A stretch of DNA of 64,000 nt from an uncultured Alphaproteobacteria bacterium (GCA_944390225.1 CALXPB010000001.1:85196-149195); one strand, 5' to 3'. Counted from the stretch's first letter, positions 1 to 10,015 are shown. Notes: a model not told the origin generated them from the letters alone. Translations and numbers: made by a program.

Positions 1-387
1 TATATTTATCCTACATTGCTTAAAAGAAATGTCGGAGTGGTAAAGGGAGAACGTGTTTTATCAGATGAAATTTCATCCAGATTACGAGGAATAATGTTGC
101 GAATCGCAGAAGAAACCAGCGGTAAACAAGCCAGAATTGCAGGTATTCAAATAGGCGGAAAAACCGCAACCGCAGAAAAATATATAAACGGACGCGTAGA
201 TCATAAGAAAAACTTAACCGCATTTGCCGGAATTTTTCCGGTATCTGCACCACAATACACTCTTTTGGTAATACTTGATGAGCCCAAGGGGACAACAGAA
301 TCTTTCGGTTTAAGAACCGCCGCTTGGAATGCTGTGCCGACCGCCGGTAAAATACTTGATAGTATCCTGCCGTTGCTATTTGAATAA
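1..387 (+). CDS. 3' end of a penicillin-binding protein (transpeptidase, FtsI/PBP2-like); the 5' part lies outside the window
   Basis: The frame is open from base 1. The C-terminal region ('KTATAEKY...LTAFAGIFPVSAPQYTLLVILDEPKG') resembles the class B PBP transpeptidase C-terminus. Confidence 0.5.
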   Translation, partial: YIYPTLLKRNVGVVKGERVLSDEISSRLRGIMLRIAEETSGKQARIAGIQIGGKTATAEKYINGRVDHKKNLTAFAGIFPVSAPQYTLLVILDEPKGTTESFGLRTAAWNAVPTAGKILDSILPLLFE

Positions 388-429
388 TTTTAGATTATAA
401 TTACTAAGATAATAAAAAAAGAGTATAGC

Positions 430-2193
430 GTGAAAAATATTGTAGATAAGTCCGTGCTGGGAAAAGCATGGGCGGTGGCGGTGTGTCCTGAGGAAGATGA
501 AACTTTATGCCAAGTAGATAATTTACTACAAAGAATACTTGCTCGTCGCGGAATTACCGATATGGCGGCGATGGAAAAGTTCTTGAACCCTTGTGTAAAA
601 GACTATATGCCAAATCCTTCTGTTTTATTGGATATAGATAAAGCGGCAAAAATAATTGCAGATAGTATCTTAAAACATGAAAAAATTGCAATATATGGCG
701 ATTATGATGTTGATGGAATTACATCTACTGCTATTTTTGTTAAGTATTTACGCGCATTAGGCGTAGATGTTGTATGGCATTTACCAATGCGTGAAGGTGA
801 AGGATACGGTTTAAATATGGCCGCAATAGATGAAATTGCTGCCCAGGAAGTAAAACTTTTAATTACTGTTGACTGCGGAATAAGCGGTGTAAAAGAAATA
901 GAGCACGCAAAAAAATTAGGTTTGAGTACGGTTGTCACAGATCATCATTCTCCGGATGCGCTTTTGCCGGCTGCCGATGCAATAGTAAACCCCAAGCAGC
1001 CGGACGATAAATCAGATTTGTCTTATTTGGCGGGGGTTGGTGTGGCCTTTTTGGTTTTGGTCGCGCTGAGAAGAGAGTTAAAAAATAGGGAAATAGATAA
1101 AGAACTACGTACTAGATTGGAAAGTACGAATCTTATGAATTATTTGGATCTTGTCGCGTTGGGTACAATTTGTGATACTATGCCATTAATCGAATTAAAT
1201 AGAGCTTTCGTAGCCACAGGTTTGAAAGTTTTAGCGCTGAGAAATAATTTAGGTCTACGCGTTTTAATGGACGTTGCAGGTATAAAGAAACCATCAGTTT
1301 ATGCAGTAGGATTCGCTTTGGGGCCCAGATTAAATGCAGCAGGAAGACTGGATTCGGCTAACCCTGCGTTAGAATTATTGTTGACAGATAATGTTTTAAT
1401 TGCTCAGGACTTAGCGAAGCGTTTGCATTCAATGAACCAAGAAAGAATAGATATTCAAAACGCAATAATGCTATCGGCGACGGATATGGCTCGGAAATGT
1501 TGCGAAAGCGGACGGTGTAGTCTGTTCGTTTGTGGGGATAATTGGCATGGTGGCGTTATGGGTATCATTGCAGGAAGATTGAAAGATAAATATAATTTAC
1601 CTTCGTGTGTGGCAACGCGCTGCGATGGAATGATAAATGGATCAGGACGTTCCATTCATGGAATTGATTTGGGTAAGATAATTCATGATGCTTTGGCACA
1701 AGGAATTATAACAGAAGGTGGTGGACACGCAGCAGCAGCAGGATTTTCATTATCCGCCGATAAAGAAAATTTATTCTGTGATTTTTTGGAAAATGCTGTT
1801 AAAGAACAACTAAATGGTGAATATCCTCATCAAGAGATTCTTGTCGATGCGGAGTTAGATGCGGGTAGCGCAAATATGAAATTAGTTAATAAAATGTCCG
1901 CTTTGGAGCCTTTCGGACAGGGGAATCCAGAACCTACTTTGGTTTTATATGGTGCTACACTTAGATATGCAAGTACGATGGGAAAAGGTGCTCATTTACG
2001 CGGAACCGTCGGAACCAGTAATGGAACTTTGTTATCTTTCGTCGGATTTAATTTAGTAGGAACACCTGTCGGAGATTTTTTACTGGACGAGGCAAATGTA
2101 AATACTAAAATAATGATGCTGGGTAAATTAAAAGAAAATGATTATAATGGAAGAATAAGTGCTCAATTCGTATTAGAAGATATTGCGGTTTGA
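430..2193 (+). CDS. recJ: Single-stranded-DNA-specific exonuclease RecJ
   Basis: 587 aa with a GTG start. It carries DHH-family motifs ('DYDVDGITS', 'TVDCGISG', 'VTDHH') and a DHHA1-like 'GGGHAAAAG' motif. Length and architecture fit RecJ. Confidence 0.85.
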   Translation: MKNIVDKSVLGKAWAVAVCPEEDETLCQVDNLLQRILARRGITDMAAMEKFLNPCVKDYMPNPSVLLDIDKAAKIIADSILKHEKIAIYGDYDVDGITSTAIFVKYLRALGVDVVWHLPMREGEGYGLNMAAIDEIAAQEVKLLITVDCGISGVKEIEHAKKLGLSTVVTDHHSPDALLPAADAIVNPKQPDDKSDLSYLAGVGVAFLVLVALRRELKNREIDKELRTRLESTNLMNYLDLVALGTICDTMPLIELNRAFVATGLKVLALRNNLGLRVLMDVAGIKKPSVYAVGFALGPRLNAAGRLDSANPALELLLTDNVLIAQDLAKRLHSMNQERIDIQNAIMLSATDMARKCCESGRCSLFVCGDNWHGGVMGIIAGRLKDKYNLPSCVATRCDGMINGSGRSIHGIDLGKIIHDALAQGIITEGGGHAAAAGFSLSADKENLFCDFLENAVKEQLNGEYPHQEILVDAELDAGSANMKLVNKMSALEPFGQGNPEPTLVLYGATLRYASTMGKGAHLRGTVGTSNGTLLSFVGFNLVGTPVGDFLLDEANVNTKIMMLGKLKENDYNGRISAQFVLEDIAV

Positions 2194-3149
2194 ATATGAA
2201 AAAAAATGTAAAGGATTTTATAGATAAAATAAAAACTGCGAAATCTATCGCAATTGCTGGACATAAAAATCCAGATGGGGATTCTTTATGTTCTGTGCTT
2301 GCTTTGGCAAGGTTGATTCATTTGAATTTTAATAAAAAAACTGTTTGCGTTTATGATGGTAATATACCAGATTGTTTAGATAATGTACCAGATAGAAAAA
2401 ATATTATATATTTTGAGCACATAGATTTAAAAAAAGTTTTTGATTTAGTAATTTTATTAGATTACGGAACAGAAAATCATCTTGGTGGTTTTTTAGAAAT
2501 ATGCAAAAACGCAAAAGTTATTGCAGAAATAGATCATCATAAAAATGACGCACCTCTTGCTGACATCTGTATAGACGATATTGAAGCATCTTCTGTTGGT
2601 GAAATTATTTATGATTTAATTTGTACTCAAAAACTAAAATTTGATGATGCTATTTTGGAATTATTGGCTACATCGATAATTACGGATACCGGAAATTTTA
2701 AATATGTATGTCATGGAAAAACACTACGAATAATGGCGGAAATGGTTGACGCTGGTATAAGTATAAAAAATATATCAAACGCGTTAAATAATAAACCTAG
2801 AAAAAGCGTTATTACAGAAGCAGGCGCGGCAGCAAATACAGAGTTCTTTTATAAAGGACGTTTGGCGCTGGCAACGGTTGACGAGAAAGACTATAAAAAT
2901 TTAGATGGTCGTGGCGATCTTATATTAAGTATTTTAGAACAAATAAAAGGTCTTGAATACATCGTTCTGCTGAAACGTCAAAAGGAAAATCAAACGGGGG
3001 TATCACTGAGAAGTAAAACAAAACCGATAGATCATATTGCTAACGCTTTGGGTGGTGGCGGACATCTGAATGCTGCCGGTGCCGTAGTTCGTGATACTAT
3101 TGAAAATGTACGCGAGAAAGTTTTGACTTTGTTCAAGGGGATGAAATGA
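2190..3149 (+). CDS. nrnA: DHH/DHHA1 phosphoesterase, NrnA-like oligoribonuclease/pAp phosphatase
   Basis: 319 aa with 'GHKNPDGDSL', 'EIDHHKND' and C-terminal 'GGGGHLNAAG' motifs. It overlaps the recJ stop by 4 nt. Confidence 0.6.
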   Translation: MNMKKNVKDFIDKIKTAKSIAIAGHKNPDGDSLCSVLALARLIHLNFNKKTVCVYDGNIPDCLDNVPDRKNIIYFEHIDLKKVFDLVILLDYGTENHLGGFLEICKNAKVIAEIDHHKNDAPLADICIDDIEASSVGEIIYDLICTQKLKFDDAILELLATSIITDTGNFKYVCHGKTLRIMAEMVDAGISIKNISNALNNKPRKSVITEAGAAANTEFFYKGRLALATVDEKDYKNLDGRGDLILSILEQIKGLEYIVLLKRQKENQTGVSLRSKTKPIDHIANALGGGGHLNAAGAVVRDTIENVREKVLTLFKGMK

Positions 3150-3760
3150 AAAAGTTTTTATCTGTTTTTTCTGTGTTATTTTTTTGTTTAAACGCAAATG
3201 CTGCTGTGGATGCAGATTTGGTAAATTCCGCGGAAAATTATCTAAATTCTATAACGGGTTTAACCGGGACATTTATTCAGACGGCAAATGGTAAAAAAGA
3301 GCAGGGGACTTTTTCTATGCTCCGCCCAGGACGCGTTCGATTAGATTATGATAATATGCCTGTTCAGTTAATCGCAGATGGGCAAGATTTATATTTTTTT
3401 GATAAATCTTTGGATCAAATTACAACCGTTCCATTAACAAGTACTCCGGCAGGAATTTTGATTAGAAAAAATATAAATTTGAAAAACGCAGATATAAATG
3501 TTTATGAAACCTCTGCCGATAAAAAAACTTTTTCGTTAAAAATGAATTTGCGCGGACAGGAAGGTCTGGGAAATATGCAGGTTGTATTTGATAGAGAACC
3601 TGTAAAATTAAATTCTTGGACTGTGATTGACGCAACAGGTGCAAAAACAGATGTAGCGTTTTCTAATCTCGAAAAGAAAACAAATTTTGGAAAGAACTTT
3701 TTCCAGATTCAAAGACATAAAACAATCAGTACAAGTGGTGGTGATTCTTTTTACGATTAA
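3146..3760 (+). CDS. lolA: Periplasmic LolA-like outer-membrane lipoprotein carrier protein
   Basis: 204 aa with an N-terminal signal peptide. Size and beta-rich composition fit LolA. It overlaps the previous gene by 4 nt. Confidence 0.45.
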   Translation: MKKFLSVFSVLFFCLNANAAVDADLVNSAENYLNSITGLTGTFIQTANGKKEQGTFSMLRPGRVRLDYDNMPVQLIADGQDLYFFDKSLDQITTVPLTSTPAGILIRKNINLKNADINVYETSADKKTFSLKMNLRGQEGLGNMQVVFDREPVKLNSWTVIDATGAKTDVAFSNLEKKTNFGKNFFQIQRHKTISTSGGDSFYD

Positions 3761-3762
3761 AA

Positions 3763-4080
3763 ATGTTCGGAATAAGTTGGGCTGAATTTTTAGTTATTTT
3801 GTTGGTTGGGATTCTGGTAATCCCTGCGCGAATGTGGCCCGATGTAGCAAAATTTTTGGCTCGATTAGTTGGTTTTATTCGTAATATAGTCTGGAAAATT
3901 TCTGATGCTTCTGAAAAAATGAAACAGCAAATAGATCTGGAAAAACCCTTGGACGAATTATTAAAAACAACAACGGATGATATATTAGCCGATTTTTCTA
4001 CTCCTATAAAATCTTCGAATAAAAATAATAAAAAGAAGAAGATAAAAAGAAGTAAATTAAAAGCCGGAAAGAACAAATGA
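3763..4080 (+). CDS. tatB: Twin-arginine translocase TatA/TatB-family subunit
   Basis: The N-terminus 'MFGISWAEFLVILLVGILVIPARMWP' is the conserved Tat TM/hinge. The charged tail is Lys-rich. It lies directly upstream of tatC. Confidence 0.6.
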   Translation: MFGISWAEFLVILLVGILVIPARMWPDVAKFLARLVGFIRNIVWKISDASEKMKQQIDLEKPLDELLKTTTDDILADFSTPIKSSNKNNKKKKIKRSKLKAGKNK

Positions 4081-4790
4081 AAAAAATGACTTTAAGCCAA
4101 CATTTCGTCGAATTACGTAGTCGAATTCTGTGGACTTTTGCGTTTTTTGCCGTTTCTTTGATTTTGGGGTGGTATTTATCACCTGTCATGCAAGAATTTT
4201 TGACCGCGCCGTTATTAAATGTCTGGTCTGATGGTGCGTTTCTATATACAGGCGTTGCAGACGGTTTGATGATTCGTTTTTCTTTATCGGTTTTATTTGC
4301 TTTATTCTTGGTAACGCCGTTCGCTTTGTGGCAGATTTGGGCTTTTGTGGCACCGGGACTACATAAAAAAGAAAAAAATATTGTCTGGCCAATTATGATT
4401 TGTTCCCCAGTTTTATTTTTAGCAGGTGTGGCTTTCGCTTTTTATGTTTTATTCCCATTTGTTTTTTCTTTCTTTATCGAATTAAATCAATCGGCACCAG
4501 TACCTTCGGTAATTTTACCTGTTGCAAAAGATTATTTATCCTTTTCAATAGGATTGCTTAAATTGTTTGGCCTCGCTTTTCAATTGCCTTTGGTAATGAT
4601 TCTTTTGAATAGAATCGGCGTTTTATCTAAGACACGAGTAGTTAAAATGCGCAGATATGCAATAGTTTTTATTGTAATAATTGCCGCTGTTCTGACACCT
4701 CCGGATGTTGTGTCACAAATTTTGCTAGCATTGCCGATGTGGGGCTTGTTTGAAATAAGTATCCTTTTTATGAAGTCGGATGAAAAATAA
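4077..4790 (+). CDS. tatC: Twin-arginine translocase subunit TatC
   Basis: 237 aa polytopic membrane protein whose N-terminus 'LSQHFVELRSRIL' is typical of TatC. It overlaps tatB by 4 nt. Confidence 0.85.
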   Translation: MKKMTLSQHFVELRSRILWTFAFFAVSLILGWYLSPVMQEFLTAPLLNVWSDGAFLYTGVADGLMIRFSLSVLFALFLVTPFALWQIWAFVAPGLHKKEKNIVWPIMICSPVLFLAGVAFAFYVLFPFVFSFFIELNQSAPVPSVILPVAKDYLSFSIGLLKLFGLAFQLPLVMILLNRIGVLSKTRVVKMRRYAIVFIVIIAAVLTPPDVVSQILLALPMWGLFEISILFMKSDEK

Positions 4791-4837
4791 AATCTTAGTT
4801 TGTTTATTTAATCATTTTTTTATGATATAATTTTCGT

Positions 4838-6172
4838 GTGAAAAAAATCTTTTTGTTTTTTTTGGGGATGTTAATGCTGACTTTTTCAGCATGTGATTTG
4901 CAACCTAAAATAATCGCCTTACCGGATACGGTCGGAGAATTTATTTCTGCCCGATATCCTGCTTTGCTGGCAGATCCGGATACTCAACCAGAAATATATA
5001 ATTCTGCTGCAATAGACTATGGTGTATACGCGTCACCGACTTTATACGGTTCGGTACAAAGCCAGGAATATGTGGAATATGCTAGCGTAGACGATTATAT
5101 TGTACCGCCACAATATGAAAATTCTTCGTACTTATCAATGTATGGCGATACTGCGGAAACTTCTATAAGTATCGATTATGGTGCTCCTATATCGGACGAG
5201 ACCTTTGTTGCACAGGAAGAATATTTAAATGTACCTATGTACGGCGGTATGAAAACTTTGCAGGCAGATACTGAAATTACGGTTGTTGCAGGTGATACAT
5301 TATATTCTCTGGCAAAAAAATATAACGTAAGTGCAGAAGAAATTGCCGAAATAAACAACTTATCAGAACCGTATGTTTTGTCTGTCGGTCAGAAACTAAG
5401 TATCCCGAAAACAATTGAAGTAAATACCGTTCAAACGGTGGAAGTGGTTAAACCTAACAACATAGTTAACCAAACAAAAACGCGAGTCGCCTTACGTGAA
5501 ATTACTGTTGAGGCAGGAGATACATTATATTCTATATCTCGTAAGTATTCTGTGCCGGTAAATGATTTGGCTGTTATGAACGGGATATCCGCACCGTTTA
5601 CGGTATCTGTCGGACAGAAATTAAAAGTTCCGGATTTAAGTAATGCACCTGTTCGTAGCGCTTATGTTTCACAAAAGCCCGATGAAAAAACGGTACAAAA
5701 AAATGTAAAAAGTACAGATGCTTCTACGGTAAAAGCAAAGGAAAAAATATCCTCTGACCCGACGAAAAAATTGCCGGCCATCAGTGCCAGGTCGTCATCA
5801 AAATTTTCTTGGCCAGTTCGCGGAAAAATATTGTCGGAATATGGTGCAAAATCAGGTGGTTTATTTAATGACGGAATAAATATCGGTGCATCAAAAGGAA
5901 CTGCCGTTAAAGCAGCAGAAAATGGTGTGGTTGCCTATGCTGGTAATGAGGTAAAAGGTATGGGAAATTTAATAATAATTCAGCATTCTGGTGGATGGAT
6001 GACTGTGTATGCCCATATGGATTCAATGACTGTTCGACGCGGAGCAAAAGTTTCAGTGGGGCAAAAGATAGGTACTGTCGGTGCAACAGGTAAAGTTGAT
6101 CAACCACAACTGCACTTTGAAATAAGAAAAGGAACGAAAGCGTATAACCCGTCTTCTTATTTGAAAAAATAA
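4838..6172 (+). CDS. nlpD: LysM-domain M23 family metallopeptidase lipoprotein (NlpD-like)
   Basis: GTG start and a lipobox 'FSAC'. Two LysM-like segments ('VVAGDTLYSLAKKYNVSAEEIAEINNL', 'VEAGDTLYSISRKYSVPVNDLAVMNGI') are followed by a C-terminal M23 peptidase domain ('GINIGASKGTAVKAAENGVVAYAG...HLHFEIRK'). Confidence 0.75.
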   Translation: MKKIFLFFLGMLMLTFSACDLQPKIIALPDTVGEFISARYPALLADPDTQPEIYNSAAIDYGVYASPTLYGSVQSQEYVEYASVDDYIVPPQYENSSYLSMYGDTAETSISIDYGAPISDETFVAQEEYLNVPMYGGMKTLQADTEITVVAGDTLYSLAKKYNVSAEEIAEINNLSEPYVLSVGQKLSIPKTIEVNTVQTVEVVKPNNIVNQTKTRVALREITVEAGDTLYSISRKYSVPVNDLAVMNGISAPFTVSVGQKLKVPDLSNAPVRSAYVSQKPDEKTVQKNVKSTDASTVKAKEKISSDPTKKLPAISARSSSKFSWPVRGKILSEYGAKSGGLFNDGINIGASKGTAVKAAENGVVAYAGNEVKGMGNLIIIQHSGGWMTVYAHMDSMTVRRGAKVSVGQKIGTVGATGKVDQPQLHFEIRKGTKAYNPSSYLKK

Positions 6173-6200
6173 AAAATAAACCGCGGTAGCGGTTTTTTGT
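6173..6200 (+). terminator. Rho-independent terminator downstream of the nlpD-like gene
   Basis: GC stem 'accgcggtagcggt' followed by a T-run. Confidence 0.6.
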
Positions 6201-6202
6201 TT

Positions 6203-6278
6203 TGGTGGGCGCGCAGGGACTCGAACCCTGGACCCACTGATTAAGAGTCAGTTGCTCTACCAACTGAGCTACGCACCC
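6203..6278 (-). tRNA. tRNA-Lys (anticodon CUU)
   Basis: The reverse complement reads GGGTGCGTAGCTCAGTTGGTAGAGCAACTGACTCTTAATCAGTGGGTCCAGGGTTCGAGTCCCTGCGCGCCCACCA. It has a cloverleaf with a 7-bp acceptor stem, a CTCTTAA anticodon loop, T-loop GGTTCGAGTCC and an encoded CCA. Confidence 0.85.
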
Positions 6279-6459
6279 GAGGGTCTTTTATTTTTTAACT
6301 TGGTTGATTATAGACTTTTTTTCGCTAATTGCAAGGTTTTTTCTGTAAGTATAAAACGTTGAATGCGTCAAGGTATCCATACCTATGCAAAGTTTTATCG
6401 GTGTTTGATAGAATGATTATGCTGACATGAACTTTATAAAAAACTTAAAAGGAGAGAAA

Positions 6460-7074
6460 ATGAAAAAAATAGTTATATCAACGTTGGCTGTTTTGATAGC
6501 ATGCCCGGCGTTTTCTGCACCAGGATATCAGCAGAGAAGTAGTGGATGGCAACTTTTTGGTTGGGATCCTTATATCGGCATCCGTGGTGGTGCAAGTTAT
6601 TCAAACTTAAATTATAATTTTAATGATCATAAAGAAACTTTAAGCGACATGGCTTTCCAAGGTCGTGCGGCAATGGGTTTGGAAATATGCGATACGGTTC
6701 GTTCTGAAATAGAATGGTCTATTTATAGCAAAATAAAAGATAGCGCAGATTTCGGTGATATCAATGATGTAAAAATAGAAACCAAAATGCAAACTTTGTT
6801 ATGGAATATGTATTGGGAAATTGGCGAGTATCATATAGTTCGTCCCTTCGTAGGTTTAGGTGCGGGTGCCGCCTTTACAGATGTTAAACGTATTGTACCA
6901 GATGTCGGACATCATAGCGAAAGTAAAACACGTTTCTCGGCAATGGGAACGTTGGGGGTAACGTTTGATATGGAACGTTTCGCTGTTGATTTAGCCGCAC
7001 GTTATAATTATGTAGATATTGAATCTGGTCTGCATAACTTTGGCGGTGATGTAGGTATAAGATTTATGTTCTAA
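6460..7074 (+). CDS. Small outer-membrane beta-barrel protein (Omp25/OmpA-like porin family)
   Basis: It has a signal peptide and alternating amphipathic beta strands. The C-terminal strand ends in Phe ('GIRFMF'). The start is probably at 6460 (RBS GGAGAG). Confidence 0.6.
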   Translation: MKKIVISTLAVLIACPAFSAPGYQQRSSGWQLFGWDPYIGIRGGASYSNLNYNFNDHKETLSDMAFQGRAAMGLEICDTVRSEIEWSIYSKIKDSADFGDINDVKIETKMQTLLWNMYWEIGEYHIVRPFVGLGAGAAFTDVKRIVPDVGHHSESKTRFSAMGTLGVTFDMERFAVDLAARYNYVDIESGLHNFGGDVGIRFMF

Positions 7075-7083
7075 GGTGTCTTT

Positions 7084-7150
7084 TATCCCGTGTTTTCACG
7101 GGATTATCTTTATTATAAAATCGCTTGGGTTAATACCAAGCGATTTTTAT
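7084..7150. terminator. Two consecutive hairpins downstream of the outer-membrane protein gene
   Basis: Hairpin 'tcccgtgttttcacggga' followed by 'aaaatcgcttgggttaataccaagcgatttt' + T. Confidence 0.55.
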
Positions 7151-7247
7151 GTATATGCTAGGAATCCAAAGGTTTTATCCTTTATGTCCTATATATTTTG
7201 AGGCTCAGAATTGATACCATAAAAGAGTAAACAATAAGGAGGTTTTT

Positions 7248-8873
7248 ATGGCAAAAGCAGGTAAAAGTACCATTAAACGAAATCCGAAAAATACATATGT
7301 TTATATGATCGGATCTGGAATAGGTTCTCTGGCAGCCGCAGTATATCTTATAAGAGACGCAAAGGTACCAGGTAAAAACATTCGTATATTTGAAACCTTG
7401 GATGTAGACGGGGGAAGTCTGGATGGGGCAGGAGATGCAAATAAGGGTTATATGATACGCGGTGGTAGAATGCTCAATATACCAACGTATGAATGTTTGC
7501 AAGATATTATGAGCAGTATCCCGTCAATAGAATTTCAGAATATAAGCATGGAAGAAGAATTCTTGGAATTTAATGAAGAATTTAAAACGTGTTCGCGTGC
7601 ACGTCTTGTTAGACGTGACGGAACCAAGGTAGATGTTACAAAAATGGGCTTTTCGTCCAGAGACCGAAGAGAAATGGAAAAGTTAATTTTATTAGAAACA
7701 GAAAAATCTTTGGGAGCAAAAAAAATAGAAGAGGTTTTTGGAAAACATTTTTTTAAAACTAACTTCTGGTTTATGTGGCAAACCACTTTTGCATTTCAGC
7801 CTTGGTCCAGTGCTGCTGAGTTACGTAGATATATGATACGATTTATGCACGAATTTCCGCGTATACATACATTGGCGGGTGTGGCTCGTACGGTATATAA
7901 TCAGCATGATTCTATTGTTAAACCTATTGTAGATTGGCTGAAAGAAAATGGTGTACAGATTACTTTTAAAGCAACCGTGAAAGATGTTTCTTTCGTCAAA
8001 CTACAAAAAGGCGAAATAGTAGCGGATGAAATAATATATTCTCTGTCTGGTAAAAAGAAAACGGTTAAGATTTCACCAACAGATTTAGTAATTTTTACAA
8101 ATGGCTGTATGACAGATAATTCGGATCAGGCTGGTATGGATACCGTTGCAAAATATAAGAAGAACGAAATGCCCCCTTCATTTGAGTTATGGGAAAAAAT
8201 AGCCGAAGGAAGACCAGAGTTCGGCATACCCGCTGTTTTTTATGGTGCTCCGGATGAAAGTATGTGGATGTCGTTCACGGTAACAATTAATAAAAATCCG
8301 AAACTTTTAAATTATATTCAGGATTTTTCTAGGAATCACCCCGGTGGTGGTGCATTGATGACGTTTAAAGATTCTTCGTGGCTTCTGTCCATTGTTGTTG
8401 CAAGACAGCCTCATTTTAAAAATCAACCGTTAGATACACAAATATTTTGGGGGTATTCATTGAATATGTTTGCAAATGGTGATTATGTTAAAAAGCCTAT
8501 GTATAAATGTACCGGACGAGAAATAATGAAAGAATTGATGGGGCATTTGCAAATACCTAAAAAAGAACAAGCAGAAATGATGCGAGGACTTATATGCAGA
8601 ACTTCTATAATGCCTTATATTGATTCTCAGTTTCAACCAAGAAGAATCGGTGATAGACCATTAGTAAACCCGAAAGGATATGAAAACTTTGCTTTTGTAA
8701 GTCAGTTCGCTGAAGTTCCAGAAGATGTCGTTTTTACAATGGAATATTCCGTGCGTGCAGCACAGCAAGCAGTATATTATTTGATGGGTGTTGATAAAGA
8801 ATTAACGCCTGTCAGTAAGCATCAATATTCACCAAAGGTTTTATTAGATTCTTTCTTTAAATTACATAGTTAA
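7248..8873 (+). CDS. Oleate hydratase (FAD-dependent, myosin-cross-reactive antigen family)
   Basis: The N-terminal 'YMIGSGIGSLAAAVYLIRDAKVPGKNIRIFE...DGGSLDGAG' FAD fold matches the Ohy/MCRA N-terminus. Total length is 541 aa, with a strong RBS AAGGAGG. Confidence 0.7.
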   Translation: MAKAGKSTIKRNPKNTYVYMIGSGIGSLAAAVYLIRDAKVPGKNIRIFETLDVDGGSLDGAGDANKGYMIRGGRMLNIPTYECLQDIMSSIPSIEFQNISMEEEFLEFNEEFKTCSRARLVRRDGTKVDVTKMGFSSRDRREMEKLILLETEKSLGAKKIEEVFGKHFFKTNFWFMWQTTFAFQPWSSAAELRRYMIRFMHEFPRIHTLAGVARTVYNQHDSIVKPIVDWLKENGVQITFKATVKDVSFVKLQKGEIVADEIIYSLSGKKKTVKISPTDLVIFTNGCMTDNSDQAGMDTVAKYKKNEMPPSFELWEKIAEGRPEFGIPAVFYGAPDESMWMSFTVTINKNPKLLNYIQDFSRNHPGGGALMTFKDSSWLLSIVVARQPHFKNQPLDTQIFWGYSLNMFANGDYVKKPMYKCTGREIMKELMGHLQIPKKEQAEMMRGLICRTSIMPYIDSQFQPRRIGDRPLVNPKGYENFAFVSQFAEVPEDVVFTMEYSVRAAQQAVYYLMGVDKELTPVSKHQYSPKVLLDSFFKLHS

Positions 8874-8883
8874 ATTTATCGCT

Positions 8884-8913
8884 AAAAAAAAGCCCTGTGC
8901 AAGGGCTTTTTTT
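8884..8913. terminator. Bidirectional rho-independent terminator
   Basis: 'aaaaaaaagccctgtgcaagggcttttttt' lies between convergent genes. Confidence 0.7.
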
Positions 8914-9268
8914 ATGCCAATTTTGCCAAAGCAATTTTCCCAAGGAAGCCTTCTTCTATGGCGCTAAGTTGTGATGTCATACCTTCGTTTAATTCGTCAT
9001 CATTTAATAATTCTTCTAGTCTTGATATTATGTTTTCACACATTTTTACTAAATCTTTATCAACAAGTTTAGGGTTTAGTAAATCCGGTTTAAAGACTTT
9101 TTTATTATCCATAGCCATGAAATAGCATTCTGCTATGTTGTCAATCCAGGTATCTAAATCTTCTGTAAGTCTGTCGTATAATAAGTGTGGTGAATATTTA
9201 TCAGTAGACCAATGATTTATTTTACAAGCATATTTAAATGCGATTAAATGTTGCATAAGTTCATACAT
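8912..9268 (-). CDS. Small Dps/ferritin-like protein
   Basis: 'KINHWSTDKYSPHLLYDRLTEDLDTWIDNIAE' aligns with the Dps helix A/B ferroxidase site, which has HW...H...D-x3-E spacing as in E. coli Dps (H51/H63/D78/E82). At 118 aa it is shorter than canonical Dps. Confidence 0.45.
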   Translation of the reverse strand: MYELMQHLIAFKYACKINHWSTDKYSPHLLYDRLTEDLDTWIDNIAECYFMAMDNKKVFKPDLLNPKLVDKDLVKMCENIISRLEELLNDDELNEGMTSQLSAIEEGFLGKIALAKLA

Positions 9269-9445
9269 ATTTTTCTCCTTTACGGATACAAATTATCAGC
9301 ATTTGTTTTAAATGGTTATAGGACAGTATTCAAAACGTTCTATATGCATTATTTTCAGGCTTTTCCTAGGTATTCAAACCTGACGAAAAATGATAAAAAA
9401 TGTTATACAATTAGTTTCGTAACCATAAGAAAAAAGGAGAACTTT

Positions 9446-10015
9446 ATGAAAAACTTAGTAAAAAAATTTTTGGTTTTATCATCTGTCTTGGGACTTGCGA
9501 TTTTGCTGACCGGATGTAACGGTTGCGGTCAAAAGCGTATGATGTCACCGCAAGGACACCCACAACAGATGCAAATGAAAAACAAAAATATGCAAAAAGC
9601 ACCTGAAAAAGTAGGTTTTTACCAAACTTATGAAGATGCAGATATAACACGTGTTCATGCAAAAATGTATACTCACAGTAGTCACGGTGGTGAATCTAGA
9701 ATGGGGTATATAAAATTTAATGAAACAGATGCCGGTTTAAAAATGGATGTTGATTTAAAAGATTTGCGCCCAGGGGTAACTTATAATATGCGCATATATC
9801 AATGTGAAAAATGTTCAACTGGTATGTGCTGCAGTGATACAACGCTTGCGACAGGTTTGCCGACTTTACGTATTGAAAAGCCAGGGAAACTGCAAGAATC
9901 TTTCATATTACGCGGTATGACGGCAGAACAACTGAATAACGCTAAAATTTATCTTGAACGCGATGGCGGTTATAAAGCCGCGTGGGGTACTCTGGAAAAG
10001 GGTATGATGTTATAA
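9446..10015 (+). CDS. Lipoprotein with a Cu/Zn-superoxide-dismutase-like beta-sandwich fold that lacks the metal-binding histidines
   Basis: Lipobox 'LTGC'. 'GYIKFNETDAGLKMDVDLKDLRPGVTYNMRIYQ' parallels the SodC 'GTVTFTE..DGV.V.VDLKGLPPGEHGFHIHE', but the His ligands are replaced. It follows the ORF-track frame from the Met at 9446 (RBS AAAGGAG). Confidence 0.35.
   Translation: MKNLVKKFLVLSSVLGLAILLTGCNGCGQKRMMSPQGHPQQMQMKNKNMQKAPEKVGFYQTYEDADITRVHAKMYTHSSHGGESRMGYIKFNETDAGLKMDVDLKDLRPGVTYNMRIYQCEKCSTGMCCSDTTLATGLPTLRIEKPGKLQESFILRGMTAEQLNNAKIYLERDGGYKAAWGTLEKGMML

Noticed and set aside
8912-9268. Possible phage or abortive-infection small protein
   Set aside because: The HW..H..D-x3-E pattern aligns well with the Dps ferroxidase centre, so a ferritin-like assignment is preferred.
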